A stretch of 64,000 nucleotides of DNA from an uncultured Methanosarcinaceae archaeon. Its GTDB lineage: Archaea > Halobacteriota > Methanosarcinia > Methanosarcinales > Methanosarcinaceae. The first letter of the stretch is position 1. Every line of letters begins with the position of its first letter. The DNA is taken from the NCBI GenBank assembly GCA_963833425.1, contig CAWHXP010000002.1, forward strand, positions 256,001 to 320,000, in the 5' to 3' direction. Shown here one piece after another: positions 1 to 11,033 of this stretch. The position numbers and the translations under genes were made by a program. The notes beneath the pieces were generated by a model. The model ran no database searches, was not told where the DNA came from, and was given only the letters and a program-made list of their open reading frames with translations.

Positions 1-49
1 TTGAAGTACAAATTCAAAAAATATTATCGATGAAGGGAGATCTTAATAC

Positions 50-280
50 ATGTGCGAAGAACATTCCATGATTGAAAGGTCCAATAATGCAGACTGTGAT
101 GACTCAGACTTGGGAGCTCCTGACTGAAGAACAAAAAAAGAAAGTTTCAGTAATGAGAATGGAAATGATAATACAATGGATGGAAGTAAAAATCCATGAT
201 ATGGAAAAGATGATAGATTAAAGAAAACTGCTATAGCTGATATTCAAAAGGTCAAGGAAATGATTCAACAAGGCAAATAA
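50..280 (+). pseudogene. Frameshifted small Met-rich helical hypothetical protein
   Basis: SD-like GAAGGGAG precedes ATG at 50. Pieces MCEEHSM / MQTVMTQTWELLTEEQKKKVSVMRMEMIIQWMEVKIHDMEKMID / KTAIADIQKVKEMIQQGK* lie in different frames. Confidence 0.45.
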
Positions 281-487
281 GTTAGACAGAAAAACGATAA
301 TGGAATTTAGTCACTGTAGAAGGTATCTGAAATAGCAGATTTTCGTAACTATTCAAGTAGCCATTCAAATGTTACAATTTTTTTTCTAGGAAATATCGCG
401 TATGATTGGACTCATTTATTAAAGGCTAACGAATTTTATGCAAAACTTTGTATTTCAAAAAGTTAGATTTAAGGAGTTGATGGCTCT

Positions 488-640
488 ATGGCAAAACAAC
501 TTCAAAAGATACTCGCTGTTTTGTTGATAGTGGTTATAGCAACGCTGACAGCTGCGGCAGCAGTGACAGCAGCAGTAGCTAGCAAGATAAAAGAATACTA
601 TGCTAGTCGTAAAAATAAAGACAAGAATAAAAGGGTGTAA
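488..640 (+). CDS. 50-aa small protein with signal-peptide-like N-terminus and basic tail
   Basis: AAGGAG upstream. Translates MAKQLQKILAVLLIVVIATLTAAAAVTAAVASKIKEYYASRKNKDKNKRV*. Followed by a hairpin and T-run. Absent from the supplied ORF track. Confidence 0.55.
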   Translation: MAKQLQKILAVLLIVVIATLTAAAAVTAAVASKIKEYYASRKNKDKNKRV

Positions 641-1231
641 ATTTTCATCCCCTTCCCTGTTTTTAATTTTGAAGTTTAAGCACTTGAAATCAAAAATCAA
701 GTGCTAAAGGTATTTTTGTTTTAAGTTATTTTTATACAATTCATGGTTCATGTATCTTTCAAGTATAAAAACTTAGATTCTTAGCTCGATTGCATGAGTC
801 TTTTCGATTATAAATGCTAAATACATAGTTTTTATAGCAAAAACTATGCATGAACGAAACTCTAAAACAGATATTTTGTCAGGGCTTTTGTTGTAACTTC
901 TTTAGCATCTACAACGGTTAGATCCATAGTAATGGTAAAAGTAGCGCCAGTAACGGTGTTATGGTAGATGGTGGTACAAGTCCTGGCACCGACTTTAATA
1001 TTCTATCGCACTATTTCAAATACATTATCCAATTTCTGACAAACCAACCAAACTTCATAGAGAAATTAATTCATTTATACTTAACTGGCATCAATATGTA
1101 TTAAATACATTTCTATATTTTAGAATTCTTTTTAGGTACTCACTGAGCATGAAATTCATCTCTGATTCAATTTATTCATATTTCTAGTTTTAAGTACTAT
1201 AAAATTAGTTTTCTATTATTTTTTTATTTAT

Positions 1232-2363
1232 GAGAATTTCGATAACCTCCATGCTCTTGAGCATGGTTGGCTTTAAATTTGTCAATATTTATGTATATTC
1301 ATGAAAACTCTTACTGATTTTGCTCTTAAAGAAGAGTATAAACGTCTTGAATCTGTTGGAGATAAGCTGGCTGAAATTGATTCCTTAATTGATTGGAAAA
1401 ACTTTTCGTATTATTCTTTAGTCTATGTATATTAACAAAACCGTTTCAGGAGGGAGACCTGAAACTGATGTCATTGTGATGTTCAAAATGCTTGTTTTAC
1501 AACAATGGCACAGGCTCTCTGATTTTGAACTTGAGAAACATTGTATAGATCGAATTTTTTTAGGAAATTCCTTGGATTTCTGGAATACATACCTGACAGT
1601 ACTACTGTATAGCTATTTAGGGAGAGAATTATCGAAAATTTCAAAGAAAATATGGGGAAAGTTGCAAAGCCAACTTGATACTCTGGGTTTACAGATAAAG
1701 AGGGAATGATTCAGGATGCTACTTTTATCCATTCAGATCCAGGACATGCGAAAGCAGAGAGATGAGGCAAAAACAAGAAGAAGCAGAGACGGAACATGGA
1801 CAAAAAAGGGAGGTAAGTCTCATTTTGGATATAAGCTTCATAATATAATAGACAGAGATTATGAGCTAATCAGAAGATTCAAAACAACAACTGCGTCAGT
1901 ACATGATTCGTATGTAGATGTGACAGAGGAAAATGAAGTGGTTTATAGGGACAGAGGATACTTTGAGCAAAAACGAAAGGGTATAATGCAACAATGAAAA
2001 GAGCAGTCAAAGGACATACGCTGGGAATAAAGGATATATTCAGAAATAAAAAAATTAGCTCAAAAAGAGTCCCAGTAGAAGGAGTTTATTCAGTAACGAA
2101 AGAAATTTTCAAAGCAGGAAGAGTTTTTGTTACTACTGTTAAAAGAGTAAATCTAAAAATGTTGTGTACGGCTTTTTGTTATAATTTCCATCAATTGAGG
2201 ACACTGAAAATAAAAAAAGTATATTTAAAATAGCGGAAGCTATCTTTAAAATCAAAGAATTGAGGATAAGTAAAGCCAAAAAGAGGAATTAAATAGAGAA
2301 ATTGAGGGGAAGATATGGGAAATTCCTGCTAAGAAATAAAATCCGAAGTTTATCGAAATCCTC
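1232..2363 (+). mobile_element. IS5-family insertion sequence with inactivated transposase
   Basis: Terminal inverted repeats GAGAATTTCGATAACCTC (1232) and GAAGTTTATCGAAATCCTC (ends 2363). TTAT duplicated at 1228-1231 and 2364-2367. Transposase fragments inside. Confidence 0.9.
1301..2233 (+). pseudogene. IS5-family DDE transposase with multiple frameshifts
   Basis: MKTLTDFALKEEYKRL from 1301. Motifs GGRP..D...MFKMLVLQQW, SHFGYKLH, VYRDRGY and RVPVEGVY are split over 4 ORFs. Confidence 0.9.
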
Positions 2364-3047
2364 TTATGATTGTAGTTTAGTTTAATTAGTTCCAAGTGTC
2401 CCAAATGTTTCAATTGTTCCACGAACTCCCTATGCTCTATGAGTCTTATAAGCTTCATAATAAATAGATCAACAAGCTTTTCTTAATTCAGACTGAAATT
2501 AGGGAATCCAGAGATTTTAGTACAAAAAACGATGTATTTTCTAATTTTTCAGTCGAACTATATATTGTGATATAAAGCAAAAACTCTGCTATATTTATTT
2601 CGTGAAGAATAAAAATAAATGAAAATTAAGTAACTATTCGATCCACACATCGAATCTATTTTTTCTAGGTGAATTAATTTTATTGTGACAAGCTTCTGAA
2701 CTTAGGGTTAATTTCAATTGCTTTATCAGTTCCCCAATTCTCTTTCACAAATTTAAAAACTTGATCGAAAATACTTTCTAATTTATTGAAGCAATTAATA
2801 TAAAAAATGTTTTTTGTAGATTGTTCTTTTTATTGCCTACGAAAGAGTTCTCAACCTTTAATTATTTCACAATATTGTTTTGTCGGCTCTTCCACTCCAG
2901 ATCCTTTCGAAAAGAAGGCTTCTCTGCAAAGGAGTATATGTATGAAAGTGGATGCCAACAGAATATTTTTATTTCCGAAAAACTACTTTTGTTTACCGAA
3001 TTCTAAGTCGGGTATCAATTTTAGATGTAAGTTCGGAGAAGCGAATT

Positions 3048-3305
3048 GTGAGTTGTAAATCTATTACTTTTTGTAACGTTTCACCTGATACTTTTAAGCG
3101 CATGAAGAAAAAGCTTCAGGATGCAGACGTCCAAATACCCCCTGGAAATAAAGGAAAGCTTTCTTGGACTGGAATTGTGGCAGATTTTGAATGGGATGGG
3201 AAGTGCAATCTTACAATCAAAATCATGCAAAAGCCCCTTTTCATCAGTTGTGATATCGCAGCCTATAAAATAAAAAAATTCGTGATACTATGCCATGGTT
3301 CATAA
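3048..3305 (+). CDS. Small Cys-containing hypothetical protein (paralog 1 of tandem pair)
   Basis: Within ORF 2952..3305; likely GTG start at 3048 after GGAG. Shares NVxPxxFxxxKKKL and GIVAxFxWDG with the next ORF. Confidence 0.65.
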   Translation: MSCKSITFCNVSPDTFKRMKKKLQDADVQIPPGNKGKLSWTGIVADFEWDGKCNLTIKIMQKPLFISCDIAAYKIKKFVILCHGS

Positions 3306-3609
3306 GGAAAATATTGGGACTAAGAGCATGAATAGTCGAAAACTGGATACTGAAGGTTGTCAGGGCATTAAGCTTATAAATGTGACTCCTGAGGTGTTTT
3401 CCTGTATAAAGAAGAAACTTATGAGCTACGGGACTGTAGTTTTATTTGGCAATTCCGTAGTGTTTAAAGGAGATGGAATAGTTGCTAACTTTAGCTGGGA
3501 TGGGGAGGCAAATCTGATAATCGAGATCATAGAACGTTCTCTTAATACTTACTGTGGGCAGGTAAGTAGAAAACTGAGGTCTTTGGTGCGTGAATGCCAG
3601 GGGATGTGA
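3295..3609 (+). CDS. Small Cys-containing hypothetical protein (paralog 2 of tandem pair)
   Basis: Aligns end to end with the upstream ORF, including the terminal CxG. Confidence 0.65.
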   Translation: MVHKENIGTKSMNSRKLDTEGCQGIKLINVTPEVFSCIKKKLMSYGTVVLFGNSVVFKGDGIVANFSWDGEANLIIEIIERSLNTYCGQVSRKLRSLVRECQGM

Positions 3610-3709
3610 AAGAAAACCAGACTCTGAAATCACTAACATAAAAATTTGATGACACACTATTATAAAATTTAAGCGCGCTTTTCTACTAATTTAAGCTATT
3701 GAAAGTATT

Positions 3710-5881
3710 TCATTTTTTTTCTCTTTTTATCAAACAGTTGTAGGTATTTCCCACAAGATCAAATCTTCCTGCTTTTTTCAGAGCTTCATACACAAGTTCA
3801 TAATTCCCCGGACTCCTGTAGTGCATAAGAGCCCGTTGCATTGCTTTTTCTTTTTTGTTTCTTGCAACGTACATTTTTTTGCCTGTGAATGGGTCAAGCC
3901 CCGTATAATACATGCAGGTAGCTACGGTCATAGGTGTTGGAGTAAAATCCTGTACATTTTTTGTATAGCCCCCATAGTCCCGCACATATTCTGCCATTTT
4001 GATCATATCTTCAAGGGTGCAGCTAGGATGTCCTGACATCAGATAATTTACGATATACTGTTCTTTGCTATATTTTCTGTTGAGAGCAGCAAATTTATCG
4101 ACAAATTTTTCGTATTTTTCTCTAGCTGGTTTGTTCATAGCATTAGTGACCTTTTTTGAGAAATGTTCCGGTGCGATCCGAAGTTGCCCGCTTATATGGT
4201 GAGCGCAGAGTTCTTCTAGATATTCTTCATCTTCAAGAGCCAAGTCGTAGCGTACTCCGTAGCCTGTAAAGACATTCTTGACTCCTGGAAGTTCGCGTAT
4301 GTGGCGCAGGAGTTTTAGTAACTTTTTGTGGCTAGTATCCAGAGAAGGGCATACTTCGGGGTAAAGACAAGTTTTGTCAAGGCAAGCTCCTTTTTTCATC
4401 CAAACTTTGCACTCCATGCCATACATATTAGCACTTGGACCTCCGACTCCGGTTATAATTCCTTTGAAGTATGGTTTTTCTGTAAGTTTTTTCGCTTCAT
4501 GAAGGATGGACTCGGTGCTGCGGCTTGCAATCATGCGTCCCTGGTGTTGAGTAATGGCGCAAAATGCACAACCTCCAAAGCAGCCCCTGTGCGTTGTCAG
4601 GGATAATTTTATCATTTCAAGGGCGGGGATAGGCTCAGTGTAGAATGGATGAGTTTCGCCAGTAAATGGTAGCTCATATACATGGTCCATTTCAGTGTCT
4701 TTCAGAGGTCTCATAGGCCTATTCTGAATGATAATAGTTTTTGGGTGAGGTTGGATAACACCTTTTCCAATAAAAGGATTCAGTTCCAGAAATTGCATGC
4801 GAAAAGCCTTTGCAAAGGCTACTTTATCTTGAGAAACTTCTGAAAAGGAGGGTATTTCTATATAATCTTTGCAAAATTCGGTTGCTTTCTCATATGCTTC
4901 TCCATCATTTTCTTCAAATGCTATATATTTTTTTTTCGCCTTGTTACCTCTTTCTTTAAGCTCTTTCCAGGCTTTAACTTCCATCTTCCAAACAGTGCCT
5001 GGAATGTTTCTGATCTCCTTGATATCTTCCCCTGCCTGTAACCGTCTTGCAAGCTCTACAATCTGCAGCTCTCCCATACCATAAACAACTAAATCTGCAG
5101 GTGCATCAGCTAGAATGGATTGTCTGACTTTATTCGAGAGGTAATCGTAATGTGCAAAACGTCGCAGGGAAGCCTCAATACCTCCCATTATAATCGGTAC
5201 CTTAGGAAAGGCTTCTTTTATCCTGTTAGAGTAAATAATCACTGCACGATTTGGGCGGAGTCCTGTTTTGCCTCCAGGGGAATAAACGTCCTTATTCCGC
5301 GGTTTTAGACCTGGGGTTAGATTGCTGATCATGGAATCTGTGTTTCCAGCGCTTATGGAAAAGAAAAGCTTTGGCATTCCAAGTTTCTTGAAATCCTCTG
5401 AGTTATCCCATCTTGGCTGGGCAATGATTCCAACTCGGAAACCAGCGTCTTCAAGAACCCTTCCAATAATTGCGGTTCCAAAACTAGAATGGTCAACATA
5501 GGCATCTCCAGTAACGAGGATAATGTCAAGTTCTTTCCAGCCACAGGCTTTTACTTCTTCAGAGCTCATTGGAAGAAATTTTGCTGTAGGTGTACGTGAA
5601 GAAAAATATTTTTCGGACTCGTTTTCTTTTTTTTCCTTTTTTCGAGTTTTATTTTCGGATCCTTTATCAGATTTTTTTTCTATTTTTTCTGGAAATTTGA
5701 TTTTTAGCATTTTTGATTTTATTTTTGGATTCGATCCTGATTTCAAGTCTTCTATTATTTCTACTTCCATAGGGACAAATAATCCTATTTTGCTACAAAA
5801 TCTGATGTTATTCGACTTTTCCACGACATATTTTTTATTTTCTTTCGAAAGTGTATATTTGTCGGCATAATCTGTTTCCAA
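3710..5881 (-). CDS. YgiQ/UPF0313-family radical SAM protein
   Basis: FLPMS...GW.ELDIILVTGDAYVDH.SFG N-terminal block; RGCFGGCAFC (CxxxCxxC); VQDFTPTP. The true start may lie downstream of 5881. Confidence 0.9.
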   Translation of the reverse strand: METDYADKYTLSKENKKYVVEKSNNIRFCSKIGLFVPMEVEIIEDLKSGSNPKIKSKMLKIKFPEKIEKKSDKGSENKTRKKEKKENESEKYFSSRTPTAKFLPMSSEEVKACGWKELDIILVTGDAYVDHSSFGTAIIGRVLEDAGFRVGIIAQPRWDNSEDFKKLGMPKLFFSISAGNTDSMISNLTPGLKPRNKDVYSPGGKTGLRPNRAVIIYSNRIKEAFPKVPIIMGGIEASLRRFAHYDYLSNKVRQSILADAPADLVVYGMGELQIVELARRLQAGEDIKEIRNIPGTVWKMEVKAWKELKERGNKAKKKYIAFEENDGEAYEKATEFCKDYIEIPSFSEVSQDKVAFAKAFRMQFLELNPFIGKGVIQPHPKTIIIQNRPMRPLKDTEMDHVYELPFTGETHPFYTEPIPALEMIKLSLTTHRGCFGGCAFCAITQHQGRMIASRSTESILHEAKKLTEKPYFKGIITGVGGPSANMYGMECKVWMKKGACLDKTCLYPEVCPSLDTSHKKLLKLLRHIRELPGVKNVFTGYGVRYDLALEDEEYLEELCAHHISGQLRIAPEHFSKKVTNAMNKPAREKYEKFVDKFAALNRKYSKEQYIVNYLMSGHPSCTLEDMIKMAEYVRDYGGYTKNVQDFTPTPMTVATCMYYTGLDPFTGKKMYVARNKKEKAMQRALMHYRSPGNYELVYEALKKAGRFDLVGNTYNCLIKREKK

Positions 5882-6074
5882 GCCCCTTATTTCCTTTGAT
5901 TCTCAGGTACACAGATGCCAGAGTTATTTTGTCACTTAAGTTTTTTTAGTGTCATGGCAATTTAATTGCATAACCTAATAATTAGATAGCTCCTTTCATC
6001 ATACCAAAGTTCAAGATTTTATTTAGGTAATTAATGATTAAATTGTTTGGACACTAGGTCTCTCTGAATCTTCT

Positions 6075-6716
6075 TTATGCTTTCATCATCATTTTTAGCA
6101 TGGTGTATGAGGCCATAATCTGGTTGTTTCCGTCTTTGTCCGTAGGAGCTCCATGTCCGGAATATAGGTTCTTCACATCTAGTTTTATTAGTTTTTCAAC
6201 TGATCCAAGCATCTTGTCAGGTTCTGAACCTTCAAAGTCCATCCTTCCGAACCCCCCACTCGTAAATACAGTGTCCCCAGAAAAGAGACTTTTTGAAACT
6301 GGTTCGTAGAGGCAGATGCTCCCCTTTGAATGACCAGGTGTATGAATCACTTCTAGGTATTCCCCATTTCCTATTTCAATTTTGTCTCCTTCTTTATACG
6401 TAATTGTGGGTTTGACAGCAGGTGCACGGTCTCCGAAAAGTATAGATACACTCAAATATTCGTCGTTTACGCCTTCCAGGTCGTCTCTGTGAACTCCGAC
6501 TTTCGCCCCGCTTTTTTCTACAATTGCTGCTGCTGCTGCTGTATGGTCATAATGGCAATGAGTCAGGATAATGAGTTCCAAATTTTTAAGCTGGATATAT
6601 TTTTCCAGTTGTTTAATGATAAGGTCACTATTCATGCCTGCGTCGATCAGAACTTTTCTATTTACTAGGTAAACACTGGAATCGTAGGCTGTGGGGCAAA
6701 TGTACAGAACTTCTAT
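6075..6716 (-). CDS. MBL-fold metallo-hydrolase (glyoxalase II-like)
   Basis: THCHYDH, HTPGHS, FSGD and GHG motifs. The frame extends 27 codons above the track start (VYLV..KVLIDAG) to an ATA codon behind AAGGAGG. Confidence 0.85.
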   Translation of the reverse strand: MEVLYICPTAYDSSVYLVNRKVLIDAGMNSDLIIKQLEKYIQLKNLELIILTHCHYDHTAAAAAIVEKSGAKVGVHRDDLEGVNDEYLSVSILFGDRAPAVKPTITYKEGDKIEIGNGEYLEVIHTPGHSKGSICLYEPVSKSLFSGDTVFTSGGFGRMDFEGSEPDKMLGSVEKLIKLDVKNLYSGHGAPTDKDGNNQIMASYTMLKMMMKA

Positions 6717-7774
6717 TTTTTTTCCTCCTTTATTGTTATTTTACTGTATCCTTTTTCATATCTTTACTCTTTTTTCCTACATTTTTTTTGTATCATTCCC
6801 CATAAGTTTTTTACTTTTAATGCGTAAGTCTAAATTTCTACAATAAAACCCTGTTCGCATTTTCAGTCTCTAATTTTGTGATCTCTATAGTTCTCATATC
6901 CTTAATTTGCGCTACTATATGAATCGAATCAATTGTAAATACATGTTGTTTCTGTTTTTGCGTGAAGAAAAATAGAAAATGCTGATTTCAAGAAGCAGTT
7001 TTCAAGTGGCAATTCTGCTGCAAGAAGCTGACGATGTCTAAAAAATATACAAGATTTGTCGGAAAACTGTGATGTCTTATATCCACTATTACTTGAATTG
7101 TCTCAATAGAGCAGACTGTGGCAACGATAAATAACTGTATCCATATGATCTAAAAAGTTTCAGAACTTACGCTTCATCCAACTTAATGTGTATCCTTAAT
7201 GGGATTTCCAATGTATTTTTGAATGTCTGTCACTTTTGTGAACTAATTTGTTTGCCTCCAAAGCTCATCATTTTTTTGCATTCCTGGAAGTTTAGGCCTG
7301 CATCTCCGATGCTTACTTTATTTCCTGAGTTAGCTTCAATTTGGGCAAGAATCGGATTCATTTCTTCATATAGCCTTTAATGTCTATATAACGAATTAGG
7401 TTAAATGTGAAATAAATTGGTTCCTAATCTTTCACAAGTCAAAGGTTCATGCTGTTGTCCGTCAGGAAAATTTCTGAATTGATCTTTTCTACAATTTCCA
7501 TTTTCCTGGCTCAAAAATAGTCTCTTCTCGATTGCGGTTGAATTTAAGAAAATCAAGGTGACAGCGAGAAGCACTATACTTGACAAAGCATGGATCTGTC
7601 TTTATTCCATCTCATTTTATTTTACTTTTTACACAATTTTGAAATACAAACCTGAAAAAGAATAGGTACAGTCATATATCCAATTTTTTTGTCTTTCTGA
7701 CTGTTCCTTGAACTATGCTTCGATCTTAACTATGAGCTAAACGTTTTCTAGCTTTTTAGTCAATTTTGGAAATT

Positions 7775-9316
7775 TTAGCTCTTTTCTTTATTTTTGTAGA
7801 GCAAATTCATTGCATTCACGAGGGCTTCTACAGAAGCCATAACTATATCTGGATTTGCAGATCTAGCAGTTACAATTCTGCCTTTTTCGTTTTCAAGACC
7901 TATATATACGTCTGCAAGGGCATCTGCTCCTCCAGTGATGGCATCGATTCTGAACTCCTGAAGTTTGAAGTGGTTATTCTCTCCCAGGATATCTCTTACC
8001 GCATTGAGGGCGGCATCTACAGGGCCAACCCCTACTCTTGCAGCAATGACTTCTTTGCCTTCGATGTCTGCTTTGACAACAGCAGTGGGCGTAAGGATAT
8101 TTCCGGTCATCACGGATACTTCTTTAAGCTTGATAAGTTCTTCTTCGGAGCTTGCTTTCCCGAGTACTGCAGAAGCAACAGCATAAAGGTCAACATCTGT
8201 GATCTGTTTGCCCTTATTTGCAATCTCCTTGATCCTGTACACTATTTCATCGAGTTGCTTATCATTGGTTATTATTCCTGCAGATTCAAGGGACTGTTTA
8301 ACTGCATGTTTGCCTGTATGTTTTCCAAGAACAATACGTCTTCTGTGACCTACCATTTCCGGAGTCATTATTCCAGGCTCGAAAGTATCGGATTTCTCAA
8401 GCACTCCCTGGCTGTGGATCCCAGACTCGTGGGAAAAAGCATTTTGGCCTACTACAGGAGTGTTTGGAGGAAGCCTGATTCCAGTATAGTTTTCAATCAT
8501 TTTTGAAGTTTCCACAAGGTATTCGGTCTTAATGTTTGTTTTTATCCCATAAATTGCCTTAAGACTCATAACTGTCTGTGGAAGGTCGGCATTTCCGGCT
8601 CTCTCTCCTATGCCATTTATAGTGACCTGGACCTGAGATGCTCCGGCTTCGACAGCCATGAGGCTGTTTGCTACCGCAAGTCCAAAATCGTTATGGCAAT
8701 GCACATCTATAGGAATTGTTATTTCAGTTGCAATGTCTTTTATCTGCCTGTACATTGCCGACGGGACCATAATGCCAACAGTATCTGGCACGTTGATTAT
8801 ATCGCATCCTGCTTCTTGGACCGCCTTGAAGACATCTATGAGATACTCTGGATCAGTCCTAGTTGCGTCCATTGCAGAAAACATGCACTCCAGACCATGG
8901 TCTTTGATATACTGGACAGCTTCCACAGCCAGTTGGATAACTTCTTCCTGGCTTTTTTTGATAGTGTATGTCCTTTGAACGTCTGACGTGGGGACGAAAG
9001 TATGCACAAGGCCAACATCGCTTTCGAAACATGCATTTATATCTTTCTTCAACACACGAGCAAGTCCACAAATTACAGCACCCAGCCCGGCATTAGAGAT
9101 CGATTTTATAGATTCCTTGTCGCTTTCTGAAGAGACTGGGAATCCCGCTTCTATTATGTCTACCCCGAGTTTGTCAAGTTGTTGGGCAATTTCCAGCTTC
9201 TGAGCAGAATTCAGGGATACTCCAGGAGTTTGTTCTCCGTCGCGCAGTGTAGTGTCAAAAATAGTTACCGTTTTATTCTGTAGGGATTCGATGTAAAAAT
9301 CGATCCCTTCTTTCAG
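7775..9316 (-). CDS. leuA: 2-isopropylmalate synthase (LeuA/CimA family)
   Basis: IFDTTLRDGEQTPG lies upstream of the track start in the same open frame; HCHNDFGLA, GIGERAGNA, HESGIH and the C-terminal regulatory domain (GVGPVDA) are present. Start codon uncertain. Confidence 0.85.
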   Translation of the reverse strand: MKEGIDFYIESLQNKTVTIFDTTLRDGEQTPGVSLNSAQKLEIAQQLDKLGVDIIEAGFPVSSESDKESIKSISNAGLGAVICGLARVLKKDINACFESDVGLVHTFVPTSDVQRTYTIKKSQEEVIQLAVEAVQYIKDHGLECMFSAMDATRTDPEYLIDVFKAVQEAGCDIINVPDTVGIMVPSAMYRQIKDIATEITIPIDVHCHNDFGLAVANSLMAVEAGASQVQVTINGIGERAGNADLPQTVMSLKAIYGIKTNIKTEYLVETSKMIENYTGIRLPPNTPVVGQNAFSHESGIHSQGVLEKSDTFEPGIMTPEMVGHRRRIVLGKHTGKHAVKQSLESAGIITNDKQLDEIVYRIKEIANKGKQITDVDLYAVASAVLGKASSEEELIKLKEVSVMTGNILTPTAVVKADIEGKEVIAARVGVGPVDAALNAVRDILGENNHFKLQEFRIDAITGGADALADVYIGLENEKGRIVTARSANPDIVMASVEALVNAMNLLYKNKEKS

Positions 9317-10504
9317 TTCTTACATTCATGGTAATCACTACATGGATGCACATTCCTGGTATATAAATATCATGTGTGTTTGCGAATTTTTTGACAATTC
9401 CGTTTTTCGCTCTTTACTTCAGTGGTTGAAACCCAAACTTGGCAGAACATACTATTTATAACGCATAAATGGGCTTTAAGGTTCAGTTTCCTCACATATT
9501 TCAAAGTTTCATATTGCACAAAGTTTCTTATTGCATTTTTTGATTTTTGACATTTTCCATTTTTCTGAAAGATTATGTGTCAACAAAACGCATTTTTAGC
9601 AAGAAAACATTGTACTAATCATGGTATATGTCAAGTTCAGGGATAGGAAAAATTTAATGATATTTTGATTCCACATATTGTTTTATTTAAGTCCTTCTGC
9701 AGTATTTTTGATTATTTCCTTTGATTCTTGATTTATGTCGGGTTGACATCGATTGTTAATCATTCGAAGACTTGTGAAAAAAACGATTCTTTAGTTTACA
9801 CTGGAAATCGATCATATTGATCTCTATTTAGGCAAATTTAAAGTTTTATCTATAAGATTAATAAGTAACGGATTCAGAGCTTATTGATATAATCAATAAT
9901 TAAATCGCTAGTACATTAGTTCTATTTGAAGAATGTTGGCTGTGTTAGCTCCTAAAGTTCTCCTAAAGAGCCTAAACGGTTATATTTAACGCTTTTATGG
10001 CTCACGCGCTCAATATGCACAATTAAACACAATATGGGTTGTGGCTAAACTGATTTTTTAGACAATTGAATGTTTGTTGCGATTGGTTTTTCTGCTTATC
10101 TGTGTAAGTCACAAATATTTAAGTTCCAGTTAGGGTTATTCAGTTAAGTCGTTGATAAAAATGGCATTAAATATAACTTGAGATTAATGCAATTGAATCG
10201 GGAAGTAGGAATAATAAGAATCAATCACCTAAATGTCAATAATTCTCGAGAGATTATAGGATTTTATTTTATCCTAACTGCTTGGTTCTAATTAATTGTA
10301 AATTTGTGGGCATCGGGAATTTGCGAAGAACAAAGCCCTTAAACAATAATTGAAGCAGCCGCCAGTTTTGAATCTAACTCGCATAATAATAATAAAAAGT
10401 ATTCATAAATTTAAACTAATAATGCATACTTTTAATCCATGTATATTCTTCACTGTTGTTTATATTCTACAAGCTTTAAAGCTTGTTGATGTGTCAATTG
10501 ACTA

Positions 10505-10569
10505 GAAAACTATAAATATAGCATCTCTTGTTATGTCATATTTTGATATATCAACTTTCGAGATGTTGA
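10505..10569 (+). promoter_or_regulatory. Archaeal BRE/TATA promoter with putative PadR operator
   Basis: GAAAAC-TATAAATA at 10505-10518. Imperfect inverted repeats ATGTCA-N5-TGATAT (10533-10549) and TCAAC-N9-GTTGA (10551-10569) lie before the padR ATG. Confidence 0.5.
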
Positions 10570-10579
10570 GGCTCGAATT

Positions 10580-11029
10580 ATGCAAAACAAAATGTGTACA
10601 GAGATCAGGCGGGTTTTTCTCAAGTATATAGTTCTGAAGATTATTAAGGAGAAGCCTACCCATGGCTATGATATAATAAAGATCATCAAGCTCCGCTCGA
10701 AAGGGTGCTGGACTCCAAGTACAGGTTCTATCTATCCAATACTGGAAAGCCTAGAGTCAAACGGCTTAATCCAGAGTAAAGAGATAGAGGAGCGCCGCAA
10801 GAAGGTGTACTCAATCACCTATACAGGAATAGTGGCGCTGGATCACATGACACAGAAGAGGTTGGAGCTCCTGGATGAAATGTCTCAGATCATCAATATT
10901 ATGACTGAAGGTAATGACAGTAGCGATGCTGGTGGTAAAGTCGGCAATAACCATAGCTCGGATCAGCAGCCTGAAAAAGCACACAATGGCAATTCTCAGA
11001 CTCTACAAACAGATGATGATAGAAGGTAA
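10580..11029 (+). CDS. PadR-family transcriptional regulator
   Basis: [20 protein letters not shown] and [11 protein letters not shown] winged-helix motifs. Confidence 0.9.
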   Translation: MQNKMCTEIRRVFLKYIVLKIIKEKPTHGYDIIKIIKLRSKGCWTPSTGSIYPILESLESNGLIQSKEIEERRKKVYSITYTGIVALDHMTQKRLELLDEMSQIINIMTEGNDSSDAGGKVGNNHSSDQQPEKAHNGNSQTLQTDDDRR

Positions 11030-11033
11030 CAGG

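Noticed and set aside
7766..8506. 246-aa plus-strand ORF and similar track ORFs (e.g. 14817-15233, 26633-27064, 48988-49530, 63447-63806)
   Set aside because: They are antisense shadows of well-supported genes and carry no motifs of their own.
10914..11033. Long overlap of the MFS ORF with padR
   Set aside because: A TTG at 11034 just after the padR stop is the more plausible start.
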